From: Acidobacteriota bacterium
Lineage (GTDB): Bacteria > Acidobacteriota > Terriglobia > Terriglobales > SCQP01
Assembly: GCA_021789895.1 (NCBI GenBank)
Contig: JAJYIU010000014.1
Location: 14,550 to 78,549 of the forward strand
Length of the DNA: 64,000 nucleotides
Direction: 5' to 3'
The position numbers and the translations under genes were made by a program. Shown in pieces: positions 19,049 to 27,745 of this stretch. The stretch's first letter is position 1; each line of letters opens with the position of its first letter. Under the pieces are notes generated by a model that searched no databases, was not told the origin of the DNA, and saw nothing but the letters and a program-made list of their open reading frames with translations.

Positions 19049-19079
19049 TTTAAAGCTACCGCCGGGGCCAAGCTTTAAA
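19049..19079. repeat. perfect 9-bp AT-rich inverted repeat TTTAAAGCT-N13-AGCTTTAAA in a divergent promoter gap
   Basis: Arms at 19049-19057 and 19071-19079, with a GC-rich 13-nt spacer. Lies between the DUF2071-TauE operon and the UDG gene. Confidence 0.4.
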
Positions 19080-19088
19080 CTGAAGGCC

Positions 19089-19817
19089 ATGCCGGCCGCC
19101 CTGATCGAACTCCGCCGCGAATTAGTGCAATGCGAATTGTGCCCGCGCTTGCGCGGCTGGTCGCTCCAGGTCGCGCACGAGCGCCGGCGCGCCTTTGCCG
19201 GTGAAACCTATTGGGGCCTGCCGGTGCCAGCGTTTGGCGATCAGGCGGCGCGGCTATTACTCGTCGGCCTGGCACCGGCGGCGCATGGGGCCAACCGCAC
19301 CGGCCGCATGTTTACCGGCGACCGCAGCGGCGATTTCCTGTATGCCGCGCTCTATCGCGCCGGCTTTGCCAACCGGCCGCAGAGCCGCAACCGGCGCGAC
19401 GGTTTGCGCCTGCTGGACGCCCGGATCACCGCCGCGGTGCACTGCGCGCCGCCCGATAACCACCCCCTGCCGGAGGAATTCGAGCGCTGCCGGCGCTGGT
19501 TGCGGCGCGAGCTGGAACTGCTGCCGCGCCTGCGCGCGGTGCTGACGCTGGGCGCTCTGGGCCATCGGCAGTTTTTACTGGCGGCGCGGGAATTGGGATG
19601 GATCGAGCGCCCCGCCGATTTTCCTTTCGCCCACGCCGCCCGTTACCGGCTGCCCCACGGCCGTTGGCTGCTCGCCAGCTATCATCCCAGCCAGCAGAAC
19701 ACCTTTACCGGCCGGCTGACTCCGGCCATGCTGGACGCGGTTCTGGGGCAGGCGCGCGCGGCGTTGGCGGCGCCCTCCGGCCGGGAACCGGAAAGCAATG
19801 CCGAAGACACCGGCTAA
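19089..19817 (+). CDS. uracil-DNA glycosylase superfamily protein, family-5 (UdgB)-like
   Basis: Motif A VGLAPAAHGANRTGRMFTGD (Ala where families 1/4 carry the catalytic polar residue). Motif B SYHPSQQN. Starts MPAALIELRRELVQCELCPRL. Confidence 0.85.
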   Translation: MPAALIELRRELVQCELCPRLRGWSLQVAHERRRAFAGETYWGLPVPAFGDQAARLLLVGLAPAAHGANRTGRMFTGDRSGDFLYAALYRAGFANRPQSRNRRDGLRLLDARITAAVHCAPPDNHPLPEEFERCRRWLRRELELLPRLRAVLTLGALGHRQFLLAARELGWIERPADFPFAHAARYRLPHGRWLLASYHPSQQNTFTGRLTPAMLDAVLGQARAALAAPSGREPESNAEDTG

Positions 19818-19954
19818 GGCCAAAGCCCGCGCCTGGCCTGGCTGGGGCGGAAGACTTTAAAAATTTCAGGAAAAACTTTGCCCGGAAAGGAGCGCGAAGA
19901 GCGGCATACTGCCGGGTCACCCCACGAGCCGGGGCGGAGCCTACACGCCGGCAA

Positions 19955-19977
19955 GCGGCCGGCGCCCGGCCGGCCGC
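19955..19977. terminator. GC-only hairpin between convergent genes (weak terminator candidate, no U-tract)
   Basis: GCGGCCGGC / GCCGGCCGC perfect 9-bp stem with a 5-nt loop. Lies 9 nt beyond the ferredoxin stop. No T-run on either strand. Confidence 0.3.
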
Positions 19978-19985
19978 GGTGGAAA

Positions 19986-20246
19986 TTAACGCCCGAAATG
20001 GGCGGCGTTTTTTGCGGTGTATTCCTGCCACTTTTCCGGCAGATCGTCCTGGGCAAAGATCGCCGAAACCGGGCAGACCGGCACGCACGCGCCGCAATCG
20101 ATGCATTCTACCGGATCGATATAAAGCATCTGCGAGCCGTCGAAATCGGCCTCGTCTTTTTTCGGATGAATGCAATCTACGGGACAGGCGTCCACGCAGG
20201 CGGTATCCTTGGTTCCAATGCAGGGTTCAGCGATTACATAAGCCAT
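19986..20246 (-). CDS. ferredoxin (two Fe-S cluster, 7Fe-type pattern)
   Basis: MAYVIAEPCIGTKDTACVDACPVDCIHP and CIDCGACVPVCPVSAI cysteine clusters. Confidence 0.95.
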   Translation of the reverse strand: MAYVIAEPCIGTKDTACVDACPVDCIHPKKDEADFDGSQMLYIDPVECIDCGACVPVCPVSAIFAQDDLPEKWQEYTAKNAAHFGR

Positions 20247-20301
20247 AGAATGCTATCCTCGCTTGCGGCGCCGGCGGCGGCGGCAGGTTGGGCAAGGAAT
20301 T

Positions 20302-20330
20302 ATTATAGAGGCATTTTTTTCCGTTGCCGA
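20302..20330 (-). promoter_or_regulatory. sigma-70-type promoter candidate for ferredoxin (TCGGCA-N17-TATAAT)
   Basis: On the minus strand there is a perfect TATAAT (20307-20302) and, 17 nt upstream, TCGGCA (20330-25). Lies about 55 nt upstream of ATG 20246. Confidence 0.4.
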
Positions 20331-20343
20331 CCACGATCAATTT

Positions 20344-21255
20344 CTATCGTCCCGATAAAAAATGCAGCGGGTGGTTTCGCCCGTCACTCACGAAGCGGCG
20401 GCGAGGATGGGTTTGAAAGTAGTGCAACCAGCGGCTCAGGGCATGATCGAAGACCTGTATGCGCGGGAGGCGGTGCGGATCGAATCGCCGGGCGTAGGGG
20501 GACGGCGCCGGGCCATCGCCCACCAGCACTACGTTGCGATAATTCCAGCGCACGAGGCGGCCGCGGGGATCGCGCCAGCTACCTGCCCAGGCCAGCGAGG
20601 GCGGGTGAGGGAAGATGCCGTAAGGCAAGGCGAAGGAGACGATCGTGTAGTGGGGCAGCCAGCGCTCGAGCGCCTGCTGGCCGCGGCCGATGTCGGCGGC
20701 GGCCTGGGCATTGCGCCCCAGATTGGTGTGCTCCCAGGTGTGGTTGCCCACCTCGCCGCCCAGCTTCAGAATCAAATCCAACTTCTGCCGTGTAAATTGA
20801 CTTTGCCGAAAGGCAAGATGATAGGCGGAGTTAACGAAAAAAACGCCGCGCATGGGGAAATCGGGATGCTGCCGCGAGAATGCCAGCCAGCGCGCAAGCC
20901 CGCAATCGGGTGCCACCTTGCCTTGCGGCGTGAACTTGACCTGGTGCAGCAGCGAATCGTCAAACGTGAGCACCACCGGCGTAGTGCCGGCAGGCAGGGT
21001 GAATTTGCCCGCCGCGAGCTGGCGTAGGGTCACCGGACGGTAGCCGCCGGCTTCGAGCGCCGCCAGATCGCGATCGAAACTGGCAAAGGATCGCCGCCAA
21101 CGGCCGTCGGTATTACCCAGGTGATGGTATTCCAGAATCATCACCTCGCCCCCGAGGTTCGGTTGCCGGCGGGCCGGCGCTTGGCCCGCCGCGCCGGCCG
21201 CAAACGACAAGACCGCGAAGAAGCCGGCGAGGGTGCGATACGTTTTCCAGGTCAT
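20344..21255 (-). CDS. polysaccharide deacetylase family protein (secreted)
   Basis: Signal peptide MTWKTYRTLAGFFAVLSFAAGAAGQA. NodB-type LTFDDS motif. HTWEH. Confidence 0.85.
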   Translation of the reverse strand: MTWKTYRTLAGFFAVLSFAAGAAGQAPARRQPNLGGEVMILEYHHLGNTDGRWRRSFASFDRDLAALEAGGYRPVTLRQLAAGKFTLPAGTTPVVLTFDDSLLHQVKFTPQGKVAPDCGLARWLAFSRQHPDFPMRGVFFVNSAYHLAFRQSQFTRQKLDLILKLGGEVGNHTWEHTNLGRNAQAAADIGRGQQALERWLPHYTIVSFALPYGIFPHPPSLAWAGSWRDPRGRLVRWNYRNVVLVGDGPAPSPYARRFDPHRLPRIQVFDHALSRWLHYFQTHPRRRFVSDGRNHPLHFLSGR

Positions 21256-21383
21256 GCAGAATGCCTTTTTGAATGCTGGATTTGCGGCGGCGAACAACGA
21301 ACCGCCGGCGCGGACCGCGGCGGAAAGTCATACGCCGCCGCAGCCTCATGTTATTTTAACGTCTTGCACGGGAGAGCCGCTCT

Positions 21384-22151
21384 ATGCCGTTGCTGGAAAA
21401 TCGCACCGTTCTGGTTATGGGAGTCGTCAACCGCTGGAGCCTGGCGCATGCAATTGCCGCCGCGCTGGCGCGGGAAGGCGCCCGCCTGCACCTGACCTAT
21501 CAGGGCGAACGCCAGCGGGAGACGGTGGAGCAGGTCGCCGCCGCCTTTCCCCAGGCCCGCACCTGGCCATGCGACGTCGCCAGCGACGAGCAGGTGCAGG
21601 CGCTGTTCGCCCGCCTGGCGTCCGAAGGCGTCGAGCTGGATGGCCTGGTCCACAGCATTGCCTTCGCCCAGCGCGAAGACCTCGACCGCGCTTTCGAGCT
21701 GACCTCGCGCGAAGGCTTCCGGGTGGCGCTCGATGTCAGCGCCTATTCCTTCATCGCCGTCGCCCATGCCGCCGCCGGCTTGATGCCGCGCGGCGGCAGC
21801 CTGCTGACGCTCACCTACCTCGGTTCCGAACGCGTCGTCCGCAACTACAACGTCATGGGCGTAGCCAAGGCGGCGTTGGAGGCCTCGGTCCGCTATCTCG
21901 CCGCCGACCTGGGGCCGCGCGGGATTCGCGTCAACGCCATTTCCGCCGGGCCGGTCAAGACCGCCTCCGCCCGCGGCATCCGCGATTTCACCAGCATCCT
22001 CGACCAAGTGGCGCAGCGCGCTCCGCTGCGGCGCATCACCGACCCGGCCGAGGTTGGCGATGCGGCCGCTTTTCTTGCAAGCGATCTCAGCCGCGGCATT
22101 ACCGGCGAAGTGCTGTACGTGGATAACGGCTATCACATCCTTGGGGTTTAA
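21384..22151 (+). CDS. fabI: enoyl-[acyl-carrier-protein] reductase (NADH) FabI
   Basis: N-terminus LVMGVVNRWSLAHAIAAAL. YNVMGVAKAALEASVRYLA (Tyr-Lys catalytic region). SAGPVKT. GGGAGAG Shine-Dalgarno upstream. Confidence 0.95.
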   Translation: MPLLENRTVLVMGVVNRWSLAHAIAAALAREGARLHLTYQGERQRETVEQVAAAFPQARTWPCDVASDEQVQALFARLASEGVELDGLVHSIAFAQREDLDRAFELTSREGFRVALDVSAYSFIAVAHAAAGLMPRGGSLLTLTYLGSERVVRNYNVMGVAKAALEASVRYLAADLGPRGIRVNAISAGPVKTASARGIRDFTSILDQVAQRAPLRRITDPAEVGDAAAFLASDLSRGITGEVLYVDNGYHILGV

Positions 22152-23926
22152 GGCGCAGCCCGCCTGGCGCTCGCCGGCTTGGCCGGCGCCGGGCGCGGTG
22201 CAATCCAGACCAGCGTCCAATCGGCTCCGAACGGAGCCGGCATCGCCTGGCGAGGCCAGCGATCACGCGCCAGCGCCGCCGCGATCAACTCCGGAATCGA
22301 GCGGCGGCGGGTCACGACCAGGGCGCGAACCGGCCAGATGCCGTGTGGCGGCAAATCCGCCAGCCGCTCGTGACGATAGAATTCCAACCCATAAATCAGG
22401 TTTCGGTCCGCCTGCCAGCCGTAAACCGGGCAGCCGCCGCCAGCGGCGCGCCCCCGGTCGAGCACCCGGCGATAGGATTCGCCGCAACTCTGCGCGATCG
22501 CGCGGGCCAGCGGGCGGGTGCTGGCGGCGAGATCAATCCGTTGTCCCCAGCGCGCCAGCGTCAGTAACGTCCCCAGCGCCACCAGCAACACCGTGACTGC
22601 GGTCAGCAGCAGGGTGCGCCGGCGCCAGGCCCACTGCAGCAGAATGGCGGTTAAGGCCAGGGAAACCACCCAGAGCGGCGCCTGGCGGAGCAGCCAGACC
22701 GCCGGCGGCCGCTCTGCCCGAGGCGCCAGCAGCCAGGGCAGGGCCCAGATGCCGAGCGGAATCAATCCGGCCAGCACCGCGGTGGCGGCCAGCGCCAGGC
22801 GGGAGAAGCGCTCCCAATTTTCCGCCGCCGTAGCCGCCAACACCGCAATGCAGCCCGGCGCGGCAGGCAGAATGTAGCCGGGAAGCTTGGATTGCGACAG
22901 GCTGAAGAAGAACAGCGGGAAGATCGTCCAAAGCGCCAGCCAAAGCAAAAGCGGCCCGTGCCCGGCGGATTCATCCGTCCAAGCTAGCCCGGAGCGCCAG
23001 CGCCGCCAACCGGTGCGCGCCGCCCGCGCCGCTTTCGCCATCGCCAGCCCCAGCCATCCGCTCCAGGGATAGACCGCCAAGGCCAAAATGGGCAGGTAAT
23101 ACCAGAAGGGTTGGGGGTGGTGGTAGCGATTGGTGGCAAAGCGTTCCAGGTTCTGCTGCCAGAAAAACAGGCGGAAAAAGTGCGGATGCCGCCAGATCAG
23201 CGCTCCATACCAGGGGGCCGCAACCGCCAAAAACGCCAGCCACGACCAGGGACTGAACAGGCGACGCCAGCCGTTCTTCCGGCGCTGCAACAAGACCCAG
23301 AACAGCCCCACCCCGCCTTCCAGCACGATCGCGACCGGACCTTTGGCCAGCACCGCCAGCCCCATCGCGATTCCGGCTCCGGCCAGCCAGCGCCGGGCCG
23401 GGCCTTCCGCCGCCTGCAAGCCTTCGTGCAGGCAAATTAGGGATAGGGCGATGCCGGCGGTCAGTGGCATATCAGTGCTGGCGGCGCGTCCGAAACCGAT
23501 GATGAACGCCGAAGTCAGCCCAAGCGCCGCCGCCAACCATCCGGCGCGAGGGCTGTGGCGCCTCGCCAGCCAGAAGGCCAGGGCCGCGACCGTAAACAAC
23601 GCCAACAGGCTGCTGGGGGCGCGCGCCACCGCCGCGCCGGCGCGATGCAGATGGAAGGCGGCCGCCGCCAGCCAGTAATACAGCACCGGCTTTTCCAGCC
23701 AGATTTTTCCCACCAGCCGCGGGGTCAGATAATCGCCGCTGTGCGCCATGGCCCAGGCGATCGCGGCATAGCGCGGTTCGTCGGGGCCAACCAGCCCAAA
23801 TCGCCCCAGGCCGTAAACCAGGGTCGCCGCGCCAGCAAGCGCCAGTCCCAGGCTGCCCAGCTTCGGCATCGCCTCGCGAAAGAGCGATTTTATGGCTGGT
23901 TTGCGAGATTGTTGGGGAGCGGGCAT
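22148..23926 (-). CDS. glycosyltransferase family 39 (ArnT/PMT-like) membrane protein
   Basis: First-loop motif GPDEPRYAAIAWAMAHSGDYLTPRL...EKPVLYYW. More than 10 TM helices. ATG at 23926 lies 2 nt after the upstream acyltransferase stop. The track start at 24142 overlaps that gene. Confidence 0.85.
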   Translation of the reverse strand: MPAPQQSRKPAIKSLFREAMPKLGSLGLALAGAATLVYGLGRFGLVGPDEPRYAAIAWAMAHSGDYLTPRLVGKIWLEKPVLYYWLAAAAFHLHRAGAAVARAPSSLLALFTVAALAFWLARRHSPRAGWLAAALGLTSAFIIGFGRAASTDMPLTAGIALSLICLHEGLQAAEGPARRWLAGAGIAMGLAVLAKGPVAIVLEGGVGLFWVLLQRRKNGWRRLFSPWSWLAFLAVAAPWYGALIWRHPHFFRLFFWQQNLERFATNRYHHPQPFWYYLPILALAVYPWSGWLGLAMAKAARAARTGWRRWRSGLAWTDESAGHGPLLLWLALWTIFPLFFFSLSQSKLPGYILPAAPGCIAVLAATAAENWERFSRLALAATAVLAGLIPLGIWALPWLLAPRAERPPAVWLLRQAPLWVVSLALTAILLQWAWRRRTLLLTAVTVLLVALGTLLTLARWGQRIDLAASTRPLARAIAQSCGESYRRVLDRGRAAGGGCPVYGWQADRNLIYGLEFYRHERLADLPPHGIWPVRALVVTRRRSIPELIAAALARDRWPRQAMPAPFGADWTLVWIAPRPAPAKPASARRAAP

Positions 23927-23928
23927 GG

Positions 23929-24918
23929 TCAGTACAGGGCCGGCTCGCCCGCCGGCCGGGTTTTCCAGCGCCGGTGGACCCAGAGCCATTGGTCCGGATA
24001 ACGGCGCACCCAGCGTTCGATCACCGCGGTATATTGCGCCGTATTCGCGCGCGTGTCTTCGTCTTCGCCGCCGCTGCGCGCCAGCGGCAGCGCCGGCTCG
24101 AAATGCAGCACATATTTCCGCCGCGCCTCCTCCCACACGCAAAAGCCGGGCACCACCGCGGCGCCGGTGCGTTGCGCGATCCGCGCCAGGCCGGTGGCGG
24201 TGCAGGCGGCCAGGCCGAAAAACGGCACGAAGATCCCTTGCGGCGGCGCGGAATTCTGGTCGAGCAGGATGCCGACCGTTTCGTTCGCCGCCATGGCTTC
24301 GAGCAGCGGGCGGGCGAAATCCCGCTTGGTGATGGACCGGTTGCCGTGCAGGCCGCGATAACGGTTCACCATATGGTCGAGATAGCGGTTATCGAGCGGG
24401 CGCACGATGAATTTGATCGGATAGCCCTGGAGGCTGTGGGCAAAACTGGAAATTTCCCAGCCGCCCAGATGGGCGGTAAGAATCAGGACGCCCCGCCCGC
24501 GCTCCCGCGCCGCCAGGAAATGCTCCAATCCTTCGGTAGCAAACCACTCCGGCAGGCGCTCGCGGCGGTCGCGCGGAAAGCGGCAAAACTCGGCCAACTG
24601 GCGCCCCAGATGCCGGTACAGGCGGCGCAGTTGCGCCCGCCGCCAGGCTTCCGAGCGTTCCGGAAAGGCGAACTGCAGGTTGCGGCGGCCGACGTGAATC
24701 AGCCGCCGGTGGAGCAGATAAAAAGCCCCGGCCAGAAAGTAACCGGCGGCGCGGGCGGCGCGCCGCGGCAAGCGTCCCAGAACGGCGGCGGCCAGCCAGA
24801 CGGGTAGAAATAACAGAAACTCCCAGGCCCGGCGCAGCCAGGCGGAGGCCCCCGGGCGCGGCCGGCTGGCGGCAGCTTCCGATGGCGGGGCGGCGGGCGC
24901 GGGGCTCATGCGCCCCAT
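23929..24918 (-). CDS. lysophospholipid/lipid A biosynthesis acyltransferase (LpxL/HtrB family)
   Basis: N-terminal anchor. HX4E-type motif LTAHLGGWE. Family-like overall length. Confidence 0.85.
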   Translation of the reverse strand: MGRMSPAPAAPPSEAAASRPRPGASAWLRRAWEFLLFLPVWLAAAVLGRLPRRAARAAGYFLAGAFYLLHRRLIHVGRRNLQFAFPERSEAWRRAQLRRLYRHLGRQLAEFCRFPRDRRERLPEWFATEGLEHFLAARERGRGVLILTAHLGGWEISSFAHSLQGYPIKFIVRPLDNRYLDHMVNRYRGLHGNRSITKRDFARPLLEAMAANETVGILLDQNSAPPQGIFVPFFGLAACTATGLARIAQRTGAAVVPGFCVWEEARRKYVLHFEPALPLARSGGEDEDTRANTAQYTAVIERWVRRYPDQWLWVHRRWKTRPAGEPALY

Positions 24919-25081
24919 TGTGGCATGCGGGGCGCGATCCGCGGCGTCTTTTGGGGGTTAGCGAAGGCGCAAAGCCAGGGGAGGAGACAATGAATCCGGT
25001 CTCAGACAAAACCGCCCGCGTGCCGCCTCGACGCTTATCTCGCGCTCCCGCTAAACTGGACTGTCAGGACAAGGAGCGGAT

Positions 25082-26065
25082 ATGGAACTAGGCATGATCG
25101 GTCTGGGCCGCATGGGCGGCAACATGACGCGCCGGCTGATGCAGGCGGGACATACCTGTTTTGGCTGGGACGCCGATGCCGCCAAGGTCAAAGCCGGCGC
25201 CGCCACCGGCCTGCGCGGCGCCGGCTCGCTCGCCGGCCTGGTGCGCGCCATGACCCCGCCGCGCGCCCTCTGGGTCATGCTGCCGGCGGGCGCCATCACC
25301 GACCAGACGGTGACCGCGCTGGCCGCCGCGCTCGATGCCAACGACATCGTCGTGGATGGCGGCAACAGCTTTTATCAGGACGACCTGCGCCATGCCGCCG
25401 AGCTGCGCCAGCGCGGCATCCATTTCATTGATTGCGGCACCAGCGGCGGCGTTTGGGGCCTGGAACGCGGCTACTGCCTGATGATCGGCGGCGATGCCGA
25501 GCCGGTGCGGCGCCTTGACCCCATTTTCCGTTCCCTCGCGCCGGGCCGCGGCGATCTGCCGGAGACGGCGCACCGCGAAAATCGGGCCAACTCCACCGCC
25601 GAATTGGGCTATTTGCACTGCGGTCCGGCCGGCTCCGGCCATTTCGTCAAGATGGTGCACAACGGCATCGAGTACGGCATGATGCAGGCCTACGCCGAGG
25701 GCATGCAGATACTGCACCGCGTCTCCGACCCGGCCATTCCCGAACCCCGGCGTTATCAGCTCGACCTGGCCGATATTGCCGAGGTTTGGCGGCGCGGCAG
25801 CGTGATCGCTTCCTGGCTGCTCGATCTGACCGCTGCCGCGCTGGCGCAAAGCCCCGATCTCAGCCAGTATTCCGGCACCGTCGCCGATTCCGGCGAAGGG
25901 CGCTGGACCATTCTCGCCGCCATCGAGGAAAGCGTGCCCGCCACCGCGCTCAGCCATGCGCTCTATAACCGTTTCCGCTCGCGCGAAGGCCACAACTTTG
26001 CCGACAAGCTGCTCTCGGCCATGCGCGCCGGCTTCGGCGGGCACCAGGAAATCAAACAAAGCTGA
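25082..26065 (+). CDS. gnd: 6-phosphogluconate dehydrogenase, decarboxylating (short Gnd-like form)
   Basis: [19 protein letters not shown] Rossmann start. [30 protein letters not shown] Shine-Dalgarno 5 nt upstream. Confidence 0.9.
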   Translation: MELGMIGLGRMGGNMTRRLMQAGHTCFGWDADAAKVKAGAATGLRGAGSLAGLVRAMTPPRALWVMLPAGAITDQTVTALAAALDANDIVVDGGNSFYQDDLRHAAELRQRGIHFIDCGTSGGVWGLERGYCLMIGGDAEPVRRLDPIFRSLAPGRGDLPETAHRENRANSTAELGYLHCGPAGSGHFVKMVHNGIEYGMMQAYAEGMQILHRVSDPAIPEPRRYQLDLADIAEVWRRGSVIASWLLDLTAAALAQSPDLSQYSGTVADSGEGRWTILAAIEESVPATALSHALYNRFRSREGHNFADKLLSAMRAGFGGHQEIKQS

Positions 26066-26108
26066 AGTTGAGTTCGGCCGCGCCGCCGGGCTACAAGCCG
26101 GCGAGGCC

Positions 26109-26933
26109 TCAAACCGCGGTCTTCGCGCGCGCCGCCGGCTGCGAACTCCAGGTCTTGTCCGGGGCGCGGCAAAGCGTCTCCAGCGGGCATTGCTTGCATC
26201 GCGGCGCCCGCGCGGTACAGAGCTGGCGCCCATGCCAGATCAGGCGGTGGGCGAAGGAAATCCATTCTGCGCGCGGCAGCAGGCGCATCAAGTCGGCCTC
26301 GGTCTTTTCCGGATCGAGTTCCCGCGTCAGCCCGAGGCGCCGCGTAACGCGCTGCACGTGGGTATCCACGACCACCCCGACGGCTTCATGAAACCAGGTG
26401 CCCAGCACCACATTGGCCGTCTTGCGCGCCACGCCGGGCAGCGCGGTCAGCGCCGCCATCGTGCGCGGCACCTGGCCGGCATGGCGCTCCACGATCTGTC
26501 GCGCCGCGCCGGCGATCGCCCGCGCCTTATTGCGGTAAAAGCCGGTTGAGCGGATTTCCGGCTCGATCGCTTCCGGCGCCAGCATTGCCAGGTCTTGCGG
26601 CTGCGGATATTTGGCGAACAGCCCCGGCGTCACCAGGTTGACGCGCTGATCGGTGCATTGCGCGGAAAGAATCGTCGCCACCAGCAGTTGCCAGGCATTC
26701 TCATGACGCAGCGCGCAGGTCGCGCCGGGATAGGTGCGGGCCAGAATCTCCAAAATCCGGCGCACGCGCGCAGCACCGGTTTCGAGCGGCGCGGCCGGCG
26801 GCCGGCCGGCGGCGGCAGGCTGGCGCCGGGCGGCGGGTTTGCGGCCTGGGGTTGCGCTGGATTTGCCCCGCGCCGGTTCCGGCTTGCGGCCGGCGGCGGC
26901 GGGCGGTCGTTTGAGGGTTGGCTTTCGGGGCAT
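26109..26933 (-). CDS. nth: endonuclease III with ~60-aa basic Pro/Ala/Lys/Arg N-terminal extension
   Basis: HhH-GPD LPGVARKTANVVLG...VDTHV. 4Fe-4S loop CTARAPRCKQCPLETLC. N-terminal tail with GRKP repeats. Confidence 0.9.
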   Translation of the reverse strand: MPRKPTLKRPPAAAGRKPEPARGKSSATPGRKPAARRQPAAAGRPPAAPLETGAARVRRILEILARTYPGATCALRHENAWQLLVATILSAQCTDQRVNLVTPGLFAKYPQPQDLAMLAPEAIEPEIRSTGFYRNKARAIAGAARQIVERHAGQVPRTMAALTALPGVARKTANVVLGTWFHEAVGVVVDTHVQRVTRRLGLTRELDPEKTEADLMRLLPRAEWISFAHRLIWHGRQLCTARAPRCKQCPLETLCRAPDKTWSSQPAARAKTAV

Positions 26934-26936
26934 GGT

Positions 26937-27653
26937 TTATATCCGGCCGGCGCTGCGCCAATGCGCCCGGCCCACGAAAAATGGTCCCATGCGGGCGATA
27001 TAGTGCGCCGTCTGGCGGGTTTTGCGCATCGCCTGCACGCAGGCCGAGAGCGGATGCAGTTCGCGCCCCACCAGCCCGATCACGAAATCGTTGTCGGCGC
27101 GGTCCAGGCCGAAACAGGCCAGGCGTATATCCTGCGCCAGGCCGGCGGCGCCGAAGGCGTGCCCGATGCGGCCGTGCTCGCGCAGGATCGCGGTCTGCTC
27201 ATTCGGCTCGAGCCCGGAGAACCCGCCTTTTCGCCGCAGCGGATACCATACCGCCCAGGCGTTCTCTTCGGACAGCGCCGCGCGCACCGGATGCCGCAAC
27301 AGCCAGTCTTCCAGGTCGGGCTCGTGTCCCAGCGCATAAGTGCGGCCGAACATGGTGTATTCGCGCCGCGGCTTCAGCCCCGCCCAGGCCGGCTGCAGCA
27401 GGCATTCGCGCAGCCGGGTGGTGAAAAAGTCCGGATCGTCGCTCCAGCTCAGCAGCCCGACGCCGTGCGCGTCGTTCAGGTCGAGATACAACACCGCGGG
27501 CAGGGCGGCCGCTTGCAACTCCGCCGCGAGCATCGCGGTTTGCGCCGCGCCGGTAAATACCTGCAGTTGCATGAACAGGCGCCGGTTCAGCTCCTGCCGC
27601 TTGCCCTGGCGGGGACCGCCATATTCACGCATGTCGGGTTGAAATTCAGCCAT
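26937..27653 (-). CDS. chlorite dismutase family protein (possible coproheme decarboxylase ChdC/HemQ-like)
   Basis: Blocks WAVWYPLRRKGGF...EQTAILREHGRIGH typical of the Cld/HemQ family. About 238 aa. Subfamily not resolvable by eye. Confidence 0.75.
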   Translation of the reverse strand: MAEFQPDMREYGGPRQGKRQELNRRLFMQLQVFTGAAQTAMLAAELQAAALPAVLYLDLNDAHGVGLLSWSDDPDFFTTRLRECLLQPAWAGLKPRREYTMFGRTYALGHEPDLEDWLLRHPVRAALSEENAWAVWYPLRRKGGFSGLEPNEQTAILREHGRIGHAFGAAGLAQDIRLACFGLDRADNDFVIGLVGRELHPLSACVQAMRKTRQTAHYIARMGPFFVGRAHWRSAGRI

Positions 27654-27745
27654 GCAGGTTTTATTTTCGCACCCGGCTCCAGGATGCGTCTATGTCGGCC
27701 GGGCTAAATTTCTGCGATCTGCCGCCGCCCGGCGTGCGTATATAT

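Noticed and set aside
24990-25091. 33-codon upstream ORF ([33 protein letters not shown]) with GGAGGAG in front, overlapping the gnd start by 10 nt
   Set aside because: GC3 is only about 60% by hand count, against far higher values in real genes here. The peptide has no motif, and gnd has its own strong SD. It is probably non-coding leader sequence, though a regulatory uORF cannot be excluded without conservation data.
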